DNA from: Clostridia bacterium
GTDB lineage: Bacteria > Bacillota > Clostridia > Oscillospirales > RGIG5554
Direction: 5' to 3'
Assembly (NCBI GenBank): GCA_017507855.1
Contig: JAFWAE010000026.1
Location: 52,734-116,733, forward strand
Length of the DNA: 64,000 nucleotides
Below are positions 55,409 to 64,000 of the stretch, piece after piece; the first letter of the stretch is position 1, and every line of letters starts with the position of its first letter. A program made the translations under genes and the position numbers. A model generated the notes under the pieces. That model saw only the letters and a program-made list of their open reading frames with translations. It was not told the DNA's origin and did no database searches.

Positions 55409-57631
55409 ATGGCAAATTTAGTCATTTTGGAATCTCCCACAAAGGCACATACCGTTAAAGGCTTTTTGGGAAGCGGATATAAGGTGGTGGCTTGCCGCGG
55501 CCACGTGCGCGACCTGCCCAAAAGCAAGCTGGGCGTAGATCTGGAAACTTTTGAGCCTTCCTATATCAACATCCGCGGAAAGGGGGAGCTCATCGACCAG
55601 CTGCGCAAGGATGCCAAAGCAGCGGGTAAGGTGTATTTGGCCACTGACCCTGACCGCGAAGGGGAAGCCATTGCCTGGCATTTGGCCGAGGTACTGCACA
55701 TTCCGCCTCAGAAGGTGTGTCGCGTTACGTTTAACGAGATCACCAAAACCGCGGTGAAAGCGGGCATCAAGGCTCCCCGCGCCATCGATATGAATTTGGT
55801 GGATTCTCAGCAAAGCCGACGTATTCTGGACCGTGTGGTGGGCTATCGCATCAGTCCGTTTTTGTGGAAAAAGGTGCGTAGCGGCCTGTCTGCCGGACGC
55901 GTGCAGTCGGTGGTCACCCGCATGATCGTGGATCGGGAGCTGGAGATCCGCGCCTTCCAACCCGAGGAATATTGGACGCTGACGGCTACCTTGAAGGCGG
56001 CCTCTTCCGCCAAGGCCTTTGAGGCCAAGTTCCACGGCACGGAGAAAAAGGCGGTGAGCGTAAAGAACGAGGCTCAAATGAAGGCACTTCTGTCTGAATT
56101 GGAGGGCAAGGACTACACGGTCAAAACCATTAAAAAGGGCACCAAGCGCCAGAGCCCCGCCGCCCCCTTTACCACTTCCACCTTGCAGCAGGAGGCCTCT
56201 CGCAAGCTGTCCTTCCAGTCCTCCCGCACCATGCGTGTGGCGCAGGAGCTGTATGAAGGTGTGAATATCCCCGGGGAAGGGGAAGTGGGTCTGATCACCT
56301 ATATGCGTACCGACTCGCTGCGCATCTCTGCGGAGATCCAGCAGCAGGCGCTGGCCTATATCGGCGGGCAATACGGCAGTGAATACGTGCCTGCCTCTGC
56401 CCGCGTGTACAAGACTCGCGCGGGGGCACAGGATGCCCACGAAGCCATCCGTCCCACCTCCTTGGCCTTTGAGCCCTCTTCCATTCGCAAGCATTTGACT
56501 TCCGACCAGTTCCGTTTGTATAAGCTGATCTGGGACCGCTTCGTGGCCTCCCAAATGAAGGACGCGCTCATCGATACCGTCAGTGCCGATATTGCGGCGG
56601 GCAAATATATTTTCCGTGCCTCCGGCAACACGGTGAAATTCCCCGGCTTTTTAGCCGTCTACGAGGAAGGACGGGATGAAGAAAAAGAAAGGGAGGGCAA
56701 GCTGCCCGCCTTGGCCGAAGGGGAGACCTTGGTGTTGAAGGGCCTTCTTGACGAGCAAAAATTCACCCAACCTCCCTCCCGTTATACCGAGGCTTCCATG
56801 ATCAAGACCATGGAGGAAAACGGCATCGGACGTCCCTCCACCTATACGCCCACCATCTCCACCATCCTGGAGCGGGGCTACGTGGAGCGTGACGGCAAGC
56901 AGCTTCGCCCCACCCCTTTGGGCGAGGTGACCACTCAGTTGATGAAGGAAAGCTTTTCCGAGATCGTGGACTACGATTTTACCGCCCGCATGGAGCAAAG
57001 TTTGGACGATATTGCTTCCGGCGAGGAGGGTGGGAACGAATTTCTCAGGGAATTTTGGAAGGGCTTCAGCGTGACCCTGGACAAGGCGGAAACGACCTTG
57101 GCCGAGGGGCGTGTGAAAGTGCCCGACGTGGAAAGCGATCAGGTCTGCGAGCTTTGCGGGCGCAAGATGGTAGTCAAAAACGGCCGCTACGGTAAATTCT
57201 TGGCCTGCCCCGGCTATCCCGAATGCAAAAACACCCGCCCCTTGGAAAGCAATAAAAGCGTGGAGACCGATCTGATCTGCGAGCTTTGCGGCAAGCCTAT
57301 GGTGCTTAAAAGCGGTCGTTACGGCAAGTTTTACGCCTGCTCCGGCTATCCGGAGTGCAAAAATATCCGCCAGATGACCCGTGAAACGGCGGCCCTTTGC
57401 CCCAAATGTGGGGGCAAGATCCTGGCCAAACGCTCCCGTAACGGTAAGACCTATTACGGGTGTGAAAAGCATCCCACTTGCGATTTCATGACGTGGAGCG
57501 TACCTACCCAACAGGTCTGCACGGCTTGCGGAAAAAGCATTTTTGTGAAGAGTCGTGTAAAAAAGTTGGGCATTTGCCTGGCTTGCGGGCATGAGGAGCC
57601 CTTGAAGGAGAGCGAAAGTGAACAGGAATAA
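55409..57631 (+). CDS. topA: DNA topoisomerase I
   Basis: ESPTKA, ATDPDREGE, SAGRVQS, ITYMRTDS and C-terminal zinc ribbons; alternative start 55403. Confidence 0.97.
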   Translation: MANLVILESPTKAHTVKGFLGSGYKVVACRGHVRDLPKSKLGVDLETFEPSYINIRGKGELIDQLRKDAKAAGKVYLATDPDREGEAIAWHLAEVLHIPPQKVCRVTFNEITKTAVKAGIKAPRAIDMNLVDSQQSRRILDRVVGYRISPFLWKKVRSGLSAGRVQSVVTRMIVDRELEIRAFQPEEYWTLTATLKAASSAKAFEAKFHGTEKKAVSVKNEAQMKALLSELEGKDYTVKTIKKGTKRQSPAAPFTTSTLQQEASRKLSFQSSRTMRVAQELYEGVNIPGEGEVGLITYMRTDSLRISAEIQQQALAYIGGQYGSEYVPASARVYKTRAGAQDAHEAIRPTSLAFEPSSIRKHLTSDQFRLYKLIWDRFVASQMKDALIDTVSADIAAGKYIFRASGNTVKFPGFLAVYEEGRDEEKEREGKLPALAEGETLVLKGLLDEQKFTQPPSRYTEASMIKTMEENGIGRPSTYTPTISTILERGYVERDGKQLRPTPLGEVTTQLMKESFSEIVDYDFTARMEQSLDDIASGEEGGNEFLREFWKGFSVTLDKAETTLAEGRVKVPDVESDQVCELCGRKMVVKNGRYGKFLACPGYPECKNTRPLESNKSVETDLICELCGKPMVLKSGRYGKFYACSGYPECKNIRQMTRETAALCPKCGGKILAKRSRNGKTYYGCEKHPTCDFMTWSVPTQQVCTACGKSIFVKSRVKKLGICLACGHEEPLKESESEQE

Positions 57632-58940
57632 AGCTTTTGTGATCGGGGCGGGGCTGGCAGGCTGCGAGGCGGCCTGGCAGCTGGCTGAACGGGGTATCAG
57701 CGTGGAATTGTACGAGCAAAAGCCCCACAAAAAAAGCCCCGCGCACAAGGCCGACACTTTTGCCGAGCTGGTCTGCTCCAACTCCCTGCGGGCGGCCAAC
57801 GTGGAAAATGCGGTGGGCCTGTTGAAGGAGGAAATGCGCCGCCTCGGCTCGCTGATCATGGAGGCGGCCGATGCTTGTTCTGTGCCTGCGGGTGGAGCGC
57901 TGGCGGTGGACCGAGAGGGCTTTTCCCGGCATATTACTCAACGTATCCGCAACCATCCTTTGATCCGGGTGATCGAGGGGGAGGTGACCTGCCTGCCTGC
58001 GCAGGAAGGGGGGATCGTGGCCACCGGGCCGCTGACGGAAGGGGCGTTTTTTGAGGAGATCCAACGCCGCTTTGCCCCCAAGCAAATGCATTTTTTTGAT
58101 GCGGCGGCTCCTTTGATCGAGGCAGACAGCATCAATATGAGCAAGGCCTTCCGCGCCTCGCGCTACGGAAAGGGCACGGCGGATTATCTCAACTGCCCCA
58201 TGACGGAGGAGGAATACCTGCGTTTTTACGAGGCGTTGGTTACCGCAGAAGTAGCCCCTCTGCATTTGCAGGAAGAGCGGGAGCTGACGGTGTTTGAAGG
58301 CTGTATGCCCGTGGAAGTGATGGCCAAGCGCGGGCCGCAGACCCTTTGCTACGGGCCGCTCAAACCCGTGGGGCTGACCGATCCTCATACGGGAAAACGG
58401 CCCTTTGCCGTGGTGCAGCTCCGCCAGGACGATTTTGCGGCTTCTCTGTACAATATGGTGGGCTTTCAGACCCATTTGAAATTTCCCGAGCAGAAGCGTG
58501 TGTTTTCCCTGATCCCCGGGCTGGAAAACGCCCGCTTTGCCCGCTACGGTCAAATGCACCGCAATACCTATCTGGTCTCGCCCTTGCTTTTGGACGAAAG
58601 ATACCGCCTCAAGGAAGAGACATGCCTTTATTTTGCCGGGCAGATGACGGGCGTGGAAGGGTATGTGGAATCGGCGGCCTCGGGGCTTTGCGCCGGTTTG
58701 CATCTGGCCCGCGAGCTGCGGGGCATGGAGGCGATGACTTTCCCCGTGACAACGGCGCTGGGGGCTTTGGGGTCCTATATCGCCCACGCTTCGGCGGAGG
58801 ATTTTCAGCCCATGAACATTAATTTCGGCATGATGCCCCCCGTTCAGGGGCGTTACAAAAGCAAAATGGAGAAAAACCGCGTTTTGGCGGAACGCTCCCT
58901 TTCTGCTTTGGCAGAACTCTTGCCCCAAGCCGTTTTGTAA
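57618..58940 (+). CDS. trmFO: Folate-dependent tRNA m5U54 methyltransferase
   Basis: GAGLAGCEAA, AELVCSNS and AGQMTGVEGY motifs. Confidence 0.96.
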   Translation: MNRNKAFVIGAGLAGCEAAWQLAERGISVELYEQKPHKKSPAHKADTFAELVCSNSLRAANVENAVGLLKEEMRRLGSLIMEAADACSVPAGGALAVDREGFSRHITQRIRNHPLIRVIEGEVTCLPAQEGGIVATGPLTEGAFFEEIQRRFAPKQMHFFDAAAPLIEADSINMSKAFRASRYGKGTADYLNCPMTEEEYLRFYEALVTAEVAPLHLQEERELTVFEGCMPVEVMAKRGPQTLCYGPLKPVGLTDPHTGKRPFAVVQLRQDDFAASLYNMVGFQTHLKFPEQKRVFSLIPGLENARFARYGQMHRNTYLVSPLLLDERYRLKEETCLYFAGQMTGVEGYVESAASGLCAGLHLARELRGMEAMTFPVTTALGALGSYIAHASAEDFQPMNINFGMMPPVQGRYKSKMEKNRVLAERSLSALAELLPQAVL

Positions 58941-58980
58941 ATGCCTGGCGGGCAAGATGATAAATTAATCTGAGAAACGG

Positions 58981-59997
58981 ATGATGAAGATGAAAATTGC
59001 TTTGGACGTATACGGTGCGGATCACGCCCCGGAAGAGATCCTGAAGGGGGCTTTTCTTGCCGCGGCCGACATGCCTGATGACGAGCTGATCCTGGTTGGC
59101 CTGCGCGAGGAGATGGAGCGCATTTGCACCCAACGGGGGTGGAGCGCCGGCAATGTGACCATGGAGGATGCCACACAGGTCATCACCATGACCGACGAGC
59201 CCGCCTCCTCCGTGCGCACGAAAAAGGATTCGTCCTTGGTAAAGGCGGCACAGCTGGTGGCCCAGGGCCGTGCGGATGCCATGGTCAGCGCGGGCAACAC
59301 CGGGGCCGTTTTGGCCGCCGCCACCCTGATCGTGAAGCGTATCAAAGGGGTGCGCCGCCCTGCATTGGCGCCTATTTTACCCACCTATACGGGGCAGGCT
59401 ATGCTGATCGACTGCGGTGCCAACGTGGAATGCCAGCCTGAATTTTTGCGGCAGTTCGCCCTTATGGGTTCCGTGTATATGGAGAAGGTGGCGGGAATTG
59501 AAAATCCCCGCGTGGCCTTGGCCAACAACGGGGCCGAGGAAACGAAGGGCACGGATCTAGCCGTGCAGACCCATCAGATCCTCAAAACTCAGCCCATCAA
59601 TTTTGTGGGCAACGCCGAAGGGCGGGATATTCCCATGGGCAAATGCGACGTGGTGGTGACCGACGGTTTTACGGGCAACCTGATCCTGAAGACCTACGAG
59701 GGTATGGGCAAATTCATCATGCTTTCCATGAAGGATATTTTCTATTCCAACCTGCGCACCAAGCTGGGGGCCCTGCTGCTGAAAAAGGAAGTGTCGGATT
59801 TCCGCAAAAAGATGGACTACACCCAGTACGGCGGGGCGCCCATTATGGGCATTTGCAAGCCCGTCATCAAATCTCACGGCTCCTCCAAGGCCGGGGAGAT
59901 CGGCAATTCCCTGCTGCAGGCCAAGCAATTTTCTCAAAGCGGGGCCATTGAAAGCATCACCCAGCTGATGGCCCAAACCGAGGCTGCCGAAGGCTGA
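58981..59997 (+). CDS. plsX: Phosphate acyltransferase
   Basis: IALD..G.D.AP, VSAGNTGA, DCGAN, DGFTGN and KSHGSS motifs; start may be 58990. Confidence 0.95.
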   Translation: MMKMKIALDVYGADHAPEEILKGAFLAAADMPDDELILVGLREEMERICTQRGWSAGNVTMEDATQVITMTDEPASSVRTKKDSSLVKAAQLVAQGRADAMVSAGNTGAVLAAATLIVKRIKGVRRPALAPILPTYTGQAMLIDCGANVECQPEFLRQFALMGSVYMEKVAGIENPRVALANNGAEETKGTDLAVQTHQILKTQPINFVGNAEGRDIPMGKCDVVVTDGFTGNLILKTYEGMGKFIMLSMKDIFYSNLRTKLGALLLKKEVSDFRKKMDYTQYGGAPIMGICKPVIKSHGSSKAGEIGNSLLQAKQFSQSGAIESITQLMAQTEAAEG

Positions 59998-60098
59998 ACA
60001 TTGAAAAAAATTACGTAAATTTTGCCCGAAAGGGTTGACAAAACCACCGAATTTATCATATCATTTGGGCAGACAAAATTTTAAGGAGGCACTTTTTC

Positions 60099-60317
60099 AT
60101 GGAATTGAATAGGGTTTGCGAGATCATTGCCGACCAGTTTGGCTTGGAAAAGGACGATCTGAATGCGTCCACGACTTTTGAATCTTTAAATGCCGACTCC
60201 ATCGATATCGTGGAGCTGATCATGGCCTTGGAAGAAGAATTTGACATGCCCTTTAACGACGACGAGATCGAAAAGATCAAGACGATCGGGGACGTGGTGG
60301 CCTGCTTGAAGCAATGA
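60099..60317 (+). CDS. acpP: Acyl carrier protein
   Basis: ADSIDIVELIMALEEEF phosphopantetheine motif. Confidence 0.95.
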   Translation: MELNRVCEIIADQFGLEKDDLNASTTFESLNADSIDIVELIMALEEEFDMPFNDDEIEKIKTIGDVVACLKQ

Positions 60318-61036
60318 ATGACCTTTGGTCCTCCCGCCTTGAGGAGCTGGAAAAAGCTTGCGGCTACGTGTTTGCGGATAAAAGCTTGCCGACACGGGCC
60401 TTTACCCACTCCTCTTACGCCAACGAGCAACGAAACGGGATGTCCAGCTACGAGCGCTTGGAATTTTTGGGCGACGCGGTGCTGGAGCTGATCACGGCGG
60501 AATTTCTGTACGAAAAGCTGCACGATCACCCGGAAGGGCAGTTGACGAAGATCCGCGCTTCGTTGGTGTGCGAGCGCACCCTCAGCCGTTTTGCCCGCCA
60601 GTTGAAGCTGGGCGAATTGATCGTGCTGGGAAAAGGAGAGGCGCAGGGAGGCGGGGCCAAGCGCGATTCCATTTTGGCAGACGTGTTCGAGGCTTTTTTA
60701 GCGGCCCTGTATACGGAAGGCGGCTACGAGGTGGCCCGCCGATTTGTGATTCCTTTTTTGGAGGCATCCTTGCCTGCCGCCTGTGCAGGTAAGCTTTTTT
60801 CCGACTACAAGACCGAGCTGCAGGAGCTGGTGCAAAGCAGCGGTCGGGACGAGATCTTTTACCGCGTGGTGGGGGAGCGCGGCCCCCAGCACGATTGTGT
60901 TTTTACCGTGCAAGTGTATTTAAACAGCAATCTGCTCGGGCAGGGCGAGGGGCGCAGCAAAAAGCTGGCCGAACAGGCCGCGGCGCGCCAAGCCCTTTGC
61001 CTTATGGGCGTGGAAAGCGAAAGCGAGGGCCATTAG
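60314..61036 (+). CDS. rnc: Ribonuclease III
   Basis: ERLEFLGDAVL, ADVFEA and dsRBD (DYKTELQE..SKKLAEQ). Confidence 0.96.
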   Translation: MNDLWSSRLEELEKACGYVFADKSLPTRAFTHSSYANEQRNGMSSYERLEFLGDAVLELITAEFLYEKLHDHPEGQLTKIRASLVCERTLSRFARQLKLGELIVLGKGEAQGGGAKRDSILADVFEAFLAALYTEGGYEVARRFVIPFLEASLPAACAGKLFSDYKTELQELVQSSGRDEIFYRVVGERGPQHDCVFTVQVYLNSNLLGQGEGRSKKLAEQAAARQALCLMGVESESEGH

Positions 61037-61103
61037 CTCAGTTGGTCAGAGCTGTCGGCTCATAACCGATTGGTCCGGGGTTCAAGTCCCTGATGGCCCA
61101 CCA
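61027..61103 (+). tRNA. tRNA with CAT anticodon, most likely tRNA-Ile2 (lysidine)
   Basis: Full cloverleaf: GGGCCAT/ATGGCCC acceptor stem, GTCGG-CTCATAA-CCGAT, TTCAAGT loop, encoded CCA; no initiator features; C4/C5 as in Ile2. Confidence 0.93.
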
Positions 61104-61134
61104 AAGATCCCCGTTCTGAAGAACGGGGATCTTT
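61103..61134 (+). terminator. Terminator after the tRNA
   Basis: AAAGATCCCCGTTC/GAACGGGGATCTTT hairpin. Confidence 0.75.
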
Positions 61135-61262
61135 CCTTTGGACAAAATGTTGCATTTTTGCAAAACGCGTGATTCCCTTGACATTTTTTCTCAAATCGTA
61201 TAACATTATCGTATAGTTGCAATGAAATTGCTTGCAGAAAAATCAAATTAAGGGGAATTTGC

Positions 61263-62612
61263 ATGGAGATCGTTTCTTTGCTCGGCATCGTGTTGGGCTT
61301 GGTGGTACTGGTCCTGCTGGCATATAAGGGTCATTCCATCATTTGGGTGGCGCCCGTTTGCGCCGTGATCGTGGCCGTGATGGGCGGGCTGAATATTTTG
61401 GACGCCTACCTGGGTGACTATATCAAGGGCGCGGCAGATTACATCGTGTCGTGGTTCCCGGCCTTTTTCTTGGGGGCCGTGTACGGCAAGCTGATGGACA
61501 TGACCGGCTCTGCACGCTCGCTGGCCAATAAGATCGTATCGATCATCGGACCCAAATTTGCCTTGGCCGCGGTGACCATTCCTTGCTTGCTGATGACCTA
61601 CGGTGGCGTTTCCATGTTCGTGGTGGTGTTCGTCATCTATCCCATGGGCTATGCTATTTACCGCGAGGCAGACCTGCCCCGCACGCTGATCCCCGGAGCG
61701 ATCGCCTTCGGTGCATTTGGCATTACCATGACGTCCTTGCCCGGCTCTCCTCAGATCCAAAACATTATTCCCACCCAATATTACGGCACCACGGCTACCG
61801 CGGCGCCCCTGATGGGCATCATTGCCGCCATTCTGATCGCCGTGCCCAGTTACCTGTACCTGGATTGGCGTATTCGCGACGCCCGTAAAAAGGGCCGCCA
61901 TTTTGAGGAGGACCCCAAATATGCGGAAAGCGGCGCGGTGGATGCATCCAAGCTTCCCTCCTGGCATTGGTTGAGCGGTCTGCTGCCCCTGATCGTGGTG
62001 GTGCTGATGCTCAACGTACTGCCCGGTGTGCTGAAAAATGCCGGTCTGGCTGACTGGAACACCAACCAGGCCATCGTAGTGGCTTTGGTAGGCGGTATTT
62101 TGGTCACCTGCCTGATGAATATTCGCCAATTCAAGATCCTGCTGCCCGCCATCAGCAACGGGGCTAACAGTTCCTTGACGGCCATTATGAACACGGCCTG
62201 TGCTGTGGGCTTCGGCTCTGTGGTGAAGATGGTGCCCGGCTTTGTCGTGCTGAAGAACGCGATGCTGAACATGCCCGGATCCATTCTGTTCTCCGAAGCG
62301 GTGGCGGTCAATGTTTTGGCCGGCGCCACGGGCTCCGCATCCGGTGGTATGTCCATTGCTTTGGAAGCCCTGGCTCCCCAGTATTTGGAGAAGGCTGCCT
62401 CTATCGGCCTGAGCCCCGAGATTTTGCACCGTGTGGCTTCCGTGGCCTCCGGCGGTTTGGACACCCTGCCTCACAACGGTGCGGTACTGACTTTGTTGGC
62501 AGTGTCCAATTGCACGCATAAGGAATCCTATCTGGATATCTGCGTGACCTCCTGCATCATTCCCGTGATCGTGTCTTTGGGGATGTCTTTTGTGTGGGGA
62601 ATGTTTATTTAG
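61263..62612 (+). CDS. GntP-family (organic acid) permease
   Basis: Polytopic; FFLGAVYGKLM, PGSPQIQN, GATGSASGG and DTLPHNG motifs. Confidence 0.88.
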   Translation: MEIVSLLGIVLGLVVLVLLAYKGHSIIWVAPVCAVIVAVMGGLNILDAYLGDYIKGAADYIVSWFPAFFLGAVYGKLMDMTGSARSLANKIVSIIGPKFALAAVTIPCLLMTYGGVSMFVVVFVIYPMGYAIYREADLPRTLIPGAIAFGAFGITMTSLPGSPQIQNIIPTQYYGTTATAAPLMGIIAAILIAVPSYLYLDWRIRDARKKGRHFEEDPKYAESGAVDASKLPSWHWLSGLLPLIVVVLMLNVLPGVLKNAGLADWNTNQAIVVALVGGILVTCLMNIRQFKILLPAISNGANSSLTAIMNTACAVGFGSVVKMVPGFVVLKNAMLNMPGSILFSEAVAVNVLAGATGSASGGMSIALEALAPQYLEKAASIGLSPEILHRVASVASGGLDTLPHNGAVLTLLAVSNCTHKESYLDICVTSCIIPVIVSLGMSFVWGMFI

Positions 62613-62674
62613 TCGAGCATGTAAAAGGGGGGCTCTTTTCGTCCCCCTTTTTATTTTTTAGAGGAGAAAAGGCT

Positions 62675-63502
62675 ATGAAGATCAAATTTTTGGGAACGGC
62701 TGCTGCAGAAGGAATTCCGGCTCTATTTTGCAACTGCCGTGTGTGCCGAAATGCGCTGGAAAAACGTGGAAAAGAGGTTAAAACCCGTAGCCAGTCCATC
62801 ATTGACGACAAGATCCTCATTGACTTTCCTGCCGACACGTATATGCATATGCTCTATAACGGGTTGGATCTGAAGACCATTCACACCTGCGTGTTTACCC
62901 ATTGCCACAGCGACCATTTGTATGAAAGGGATTTTTGGTGCCGTAACAAGGGGATCGGCAACGAGATAGAGGACGTGCCCCTGAATGTGTATGTTACTCA
63001 CGCCGGATATGAGCAGTGTCGCAAATTTGTAGAGCGCAACGTGTTTGACGGCCGCGTTCTGCTCAATGAGATCCATCCCTTCGTGCCCTTTGAGGCTGAG
63101 GGCTACCGCTTTATTCCCTTGAAGGCCGACCACGACCCCGCCGCCGATCCGGTGTTTTACATCATCGAGCACGGGGATAAGACCCTACTGTACGCCAATG
63201 ACACGGGGATCTTCCCCGCGGAAACGTGGGAGTATTTGGCGGGCTACGGCCGCAGGTTCGATATGGTGTCCTATGATTGCACGGGCATGATTTTGGAGAA
63301 TTGCCGGCAAAGCCATATGAGTCTTTCCTCCAATGCGGAGGTGCACGAAAGACTGTGCCAAATGGGACTTTGCGATGAAAATACCGTGGCCTATGTGAAC
63401 CATTTCAGCCATAACAGCCGTGCCACTCACGAGGAATTGGTGGAGGCCGCAGACAAATACGGCTTCCGAGTGTCCTACGACGGGTTGGAAGTGGAATTTT
63501 AA
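62675..63502 (+). CDS. PhnP-like metallo-beta-lactamase-fold phosphodiesterase
   Basis: FLGTAAAEGIP..CNCRVC, THCHSDH and NHFSH motifs. Confidence 0.85.
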   Translation: MKIKFLGTAAAEGIPALFCNCRVCRNALEKRGKEVKTRSQSIIDDKILIDFPADTYMHMLYNGLDLKTIHTCVFTHCHSDHLYERDFWCRNKGIGNEIEDVPLNVYVTHAGYEQCRKFVERNVFDGRVLLNEIHPFVPFEAEGYRFIPLKADHDPAADPVFYIIEHGDKTLLYANDTGIFPAETWEYLAGYGRRFDMVSYDCTGMILENCRQSHMSLSSNAEVHERLCQMGLCDENTVAYVNHFSHNSRATHEELVEAADKYGFRVSYDGLEVEF

Positions 63503-63583
63503 GCAGTTCCTTTGTCGGCGCCCTTGCGAGTGCGCTGTCGGCCCGTCCGTTTTTGTATAAAACAACGCAAAAGAGGCGATGAT

Positions 63584-64000
63584 ATGCGTCGTAAAACATT
63601 GAAAAAAGCAGTGCTTTGTGCTTTCTTTTTAGCTTTGGGGCTGACCCTTCCTTTTTTGACGGGGCAGATCCGTTCGGTGGGAAATATGCTGTTGCCCATG
63701 CATATTCCCGTCTTTCTTTGCGGGCTGATCTGCGGCGGTCCGTGGGGGGCGGCGGTGGGCTTTATCCTGCCGTTGTTCCGCTCGGCCCTGTTTGGCATGC
63801 CGCCCCTATATCCGGAGGCGGTGTCTATGGCCTTCGAATTGGCCGTGTACGCCGGAGCGTCCGGCCTGTTGTACGGGCGTGTGTTTCGCCGCCGTATGGG
63901 GGGACTGTATGCCTCCCTGATCGCGGCCATGGTGGCGGGACGTTTGGTATGGGGGGCTGTTAAGGCACTGCTACTGGGATTTGGGGGGAAGGCCTTCACC
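63584..64000 (+). CDS. ECF transporter S component (partial, runs off the window)
   Basis: MRRKTLKKAVLCAFFLALGLTLPFLTGQI..GNMLLPMHIPVFLCGLICG..FGMPP; RBS GAGG; absent from the ORF track because there is no stop codon in the window. Confidence 0.85.
   Translation, partial: MRRKTLKKAVLCAFFLALGLTLPFLTGQIRSVGNMLLPMHIPVFLCGLICGGPWGAAVGFILPLFRSALFGMPPLYPEAVSMAFELAVYAGASGLLYGRVFRRRMGGLYASLIAAMVAGRLVWGAVKALLLGFGGKAFT

Noticed and set aside
57130-57370. Internal near-duplication in topA
   Set aside because: Normal tandem C4 zinc-ribbon repeats of topoisomerase I.
1-64000. CRISPR array, prophage, transposase or integrase
   Set aside because: No regularly spaced repeats and no recombinase, transposase or phage structural motifs were seen.
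61027-64000. Genomic island integrated at the tRNA
   Set aside because: No integrase, no duplicated tRNA 3' end within the window, and the downstream genes look native.

Overview
A moderately GC-rich chromosomal segment that looks like a spore-forming Clostridia-class (Bacillota) bacterium; this is inferred from gene content and sigA, sigE, sigK and sigG/F-like promoters. It holds about 55 CDSs and one tRNA-Ile2(CAU). Most genes are housekeeping: hflKC, an EF-G paralogue, tadA, deoD, mutS2, rsmE, mtaB, purL, tcdA, nadA, tepA, dprA-topA-trmFO-plsX-acpP-rnc and a fused-E1 2-oxoacid dehydrogenase cluster. I saw no integrase, transposase, prophage or CRISPR array. The unexplained parts are: (1) a membrane-anchored NUDT22-like Nudix protein directly upstream of a uracil permease; (2) an ABC exporter / DUF1854 / ABC exporter trio with zinc-ribbon N-terminal extensions; (3) a recently duplicated pair of unknown-family lipoproteins beside a deacetylase and a GHL10-like enzyme; (4) a kinase-LacI-isomerase locus with two beta-helix lipoproteins; (5) a structured leader on the EF-G paralogue; (6) an rnc stop codon inside the tRNA gene; (7) a probable sigE-driven three-gene operon inserted antisense. 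All calls come from reading motifs by eye; no searches were run.
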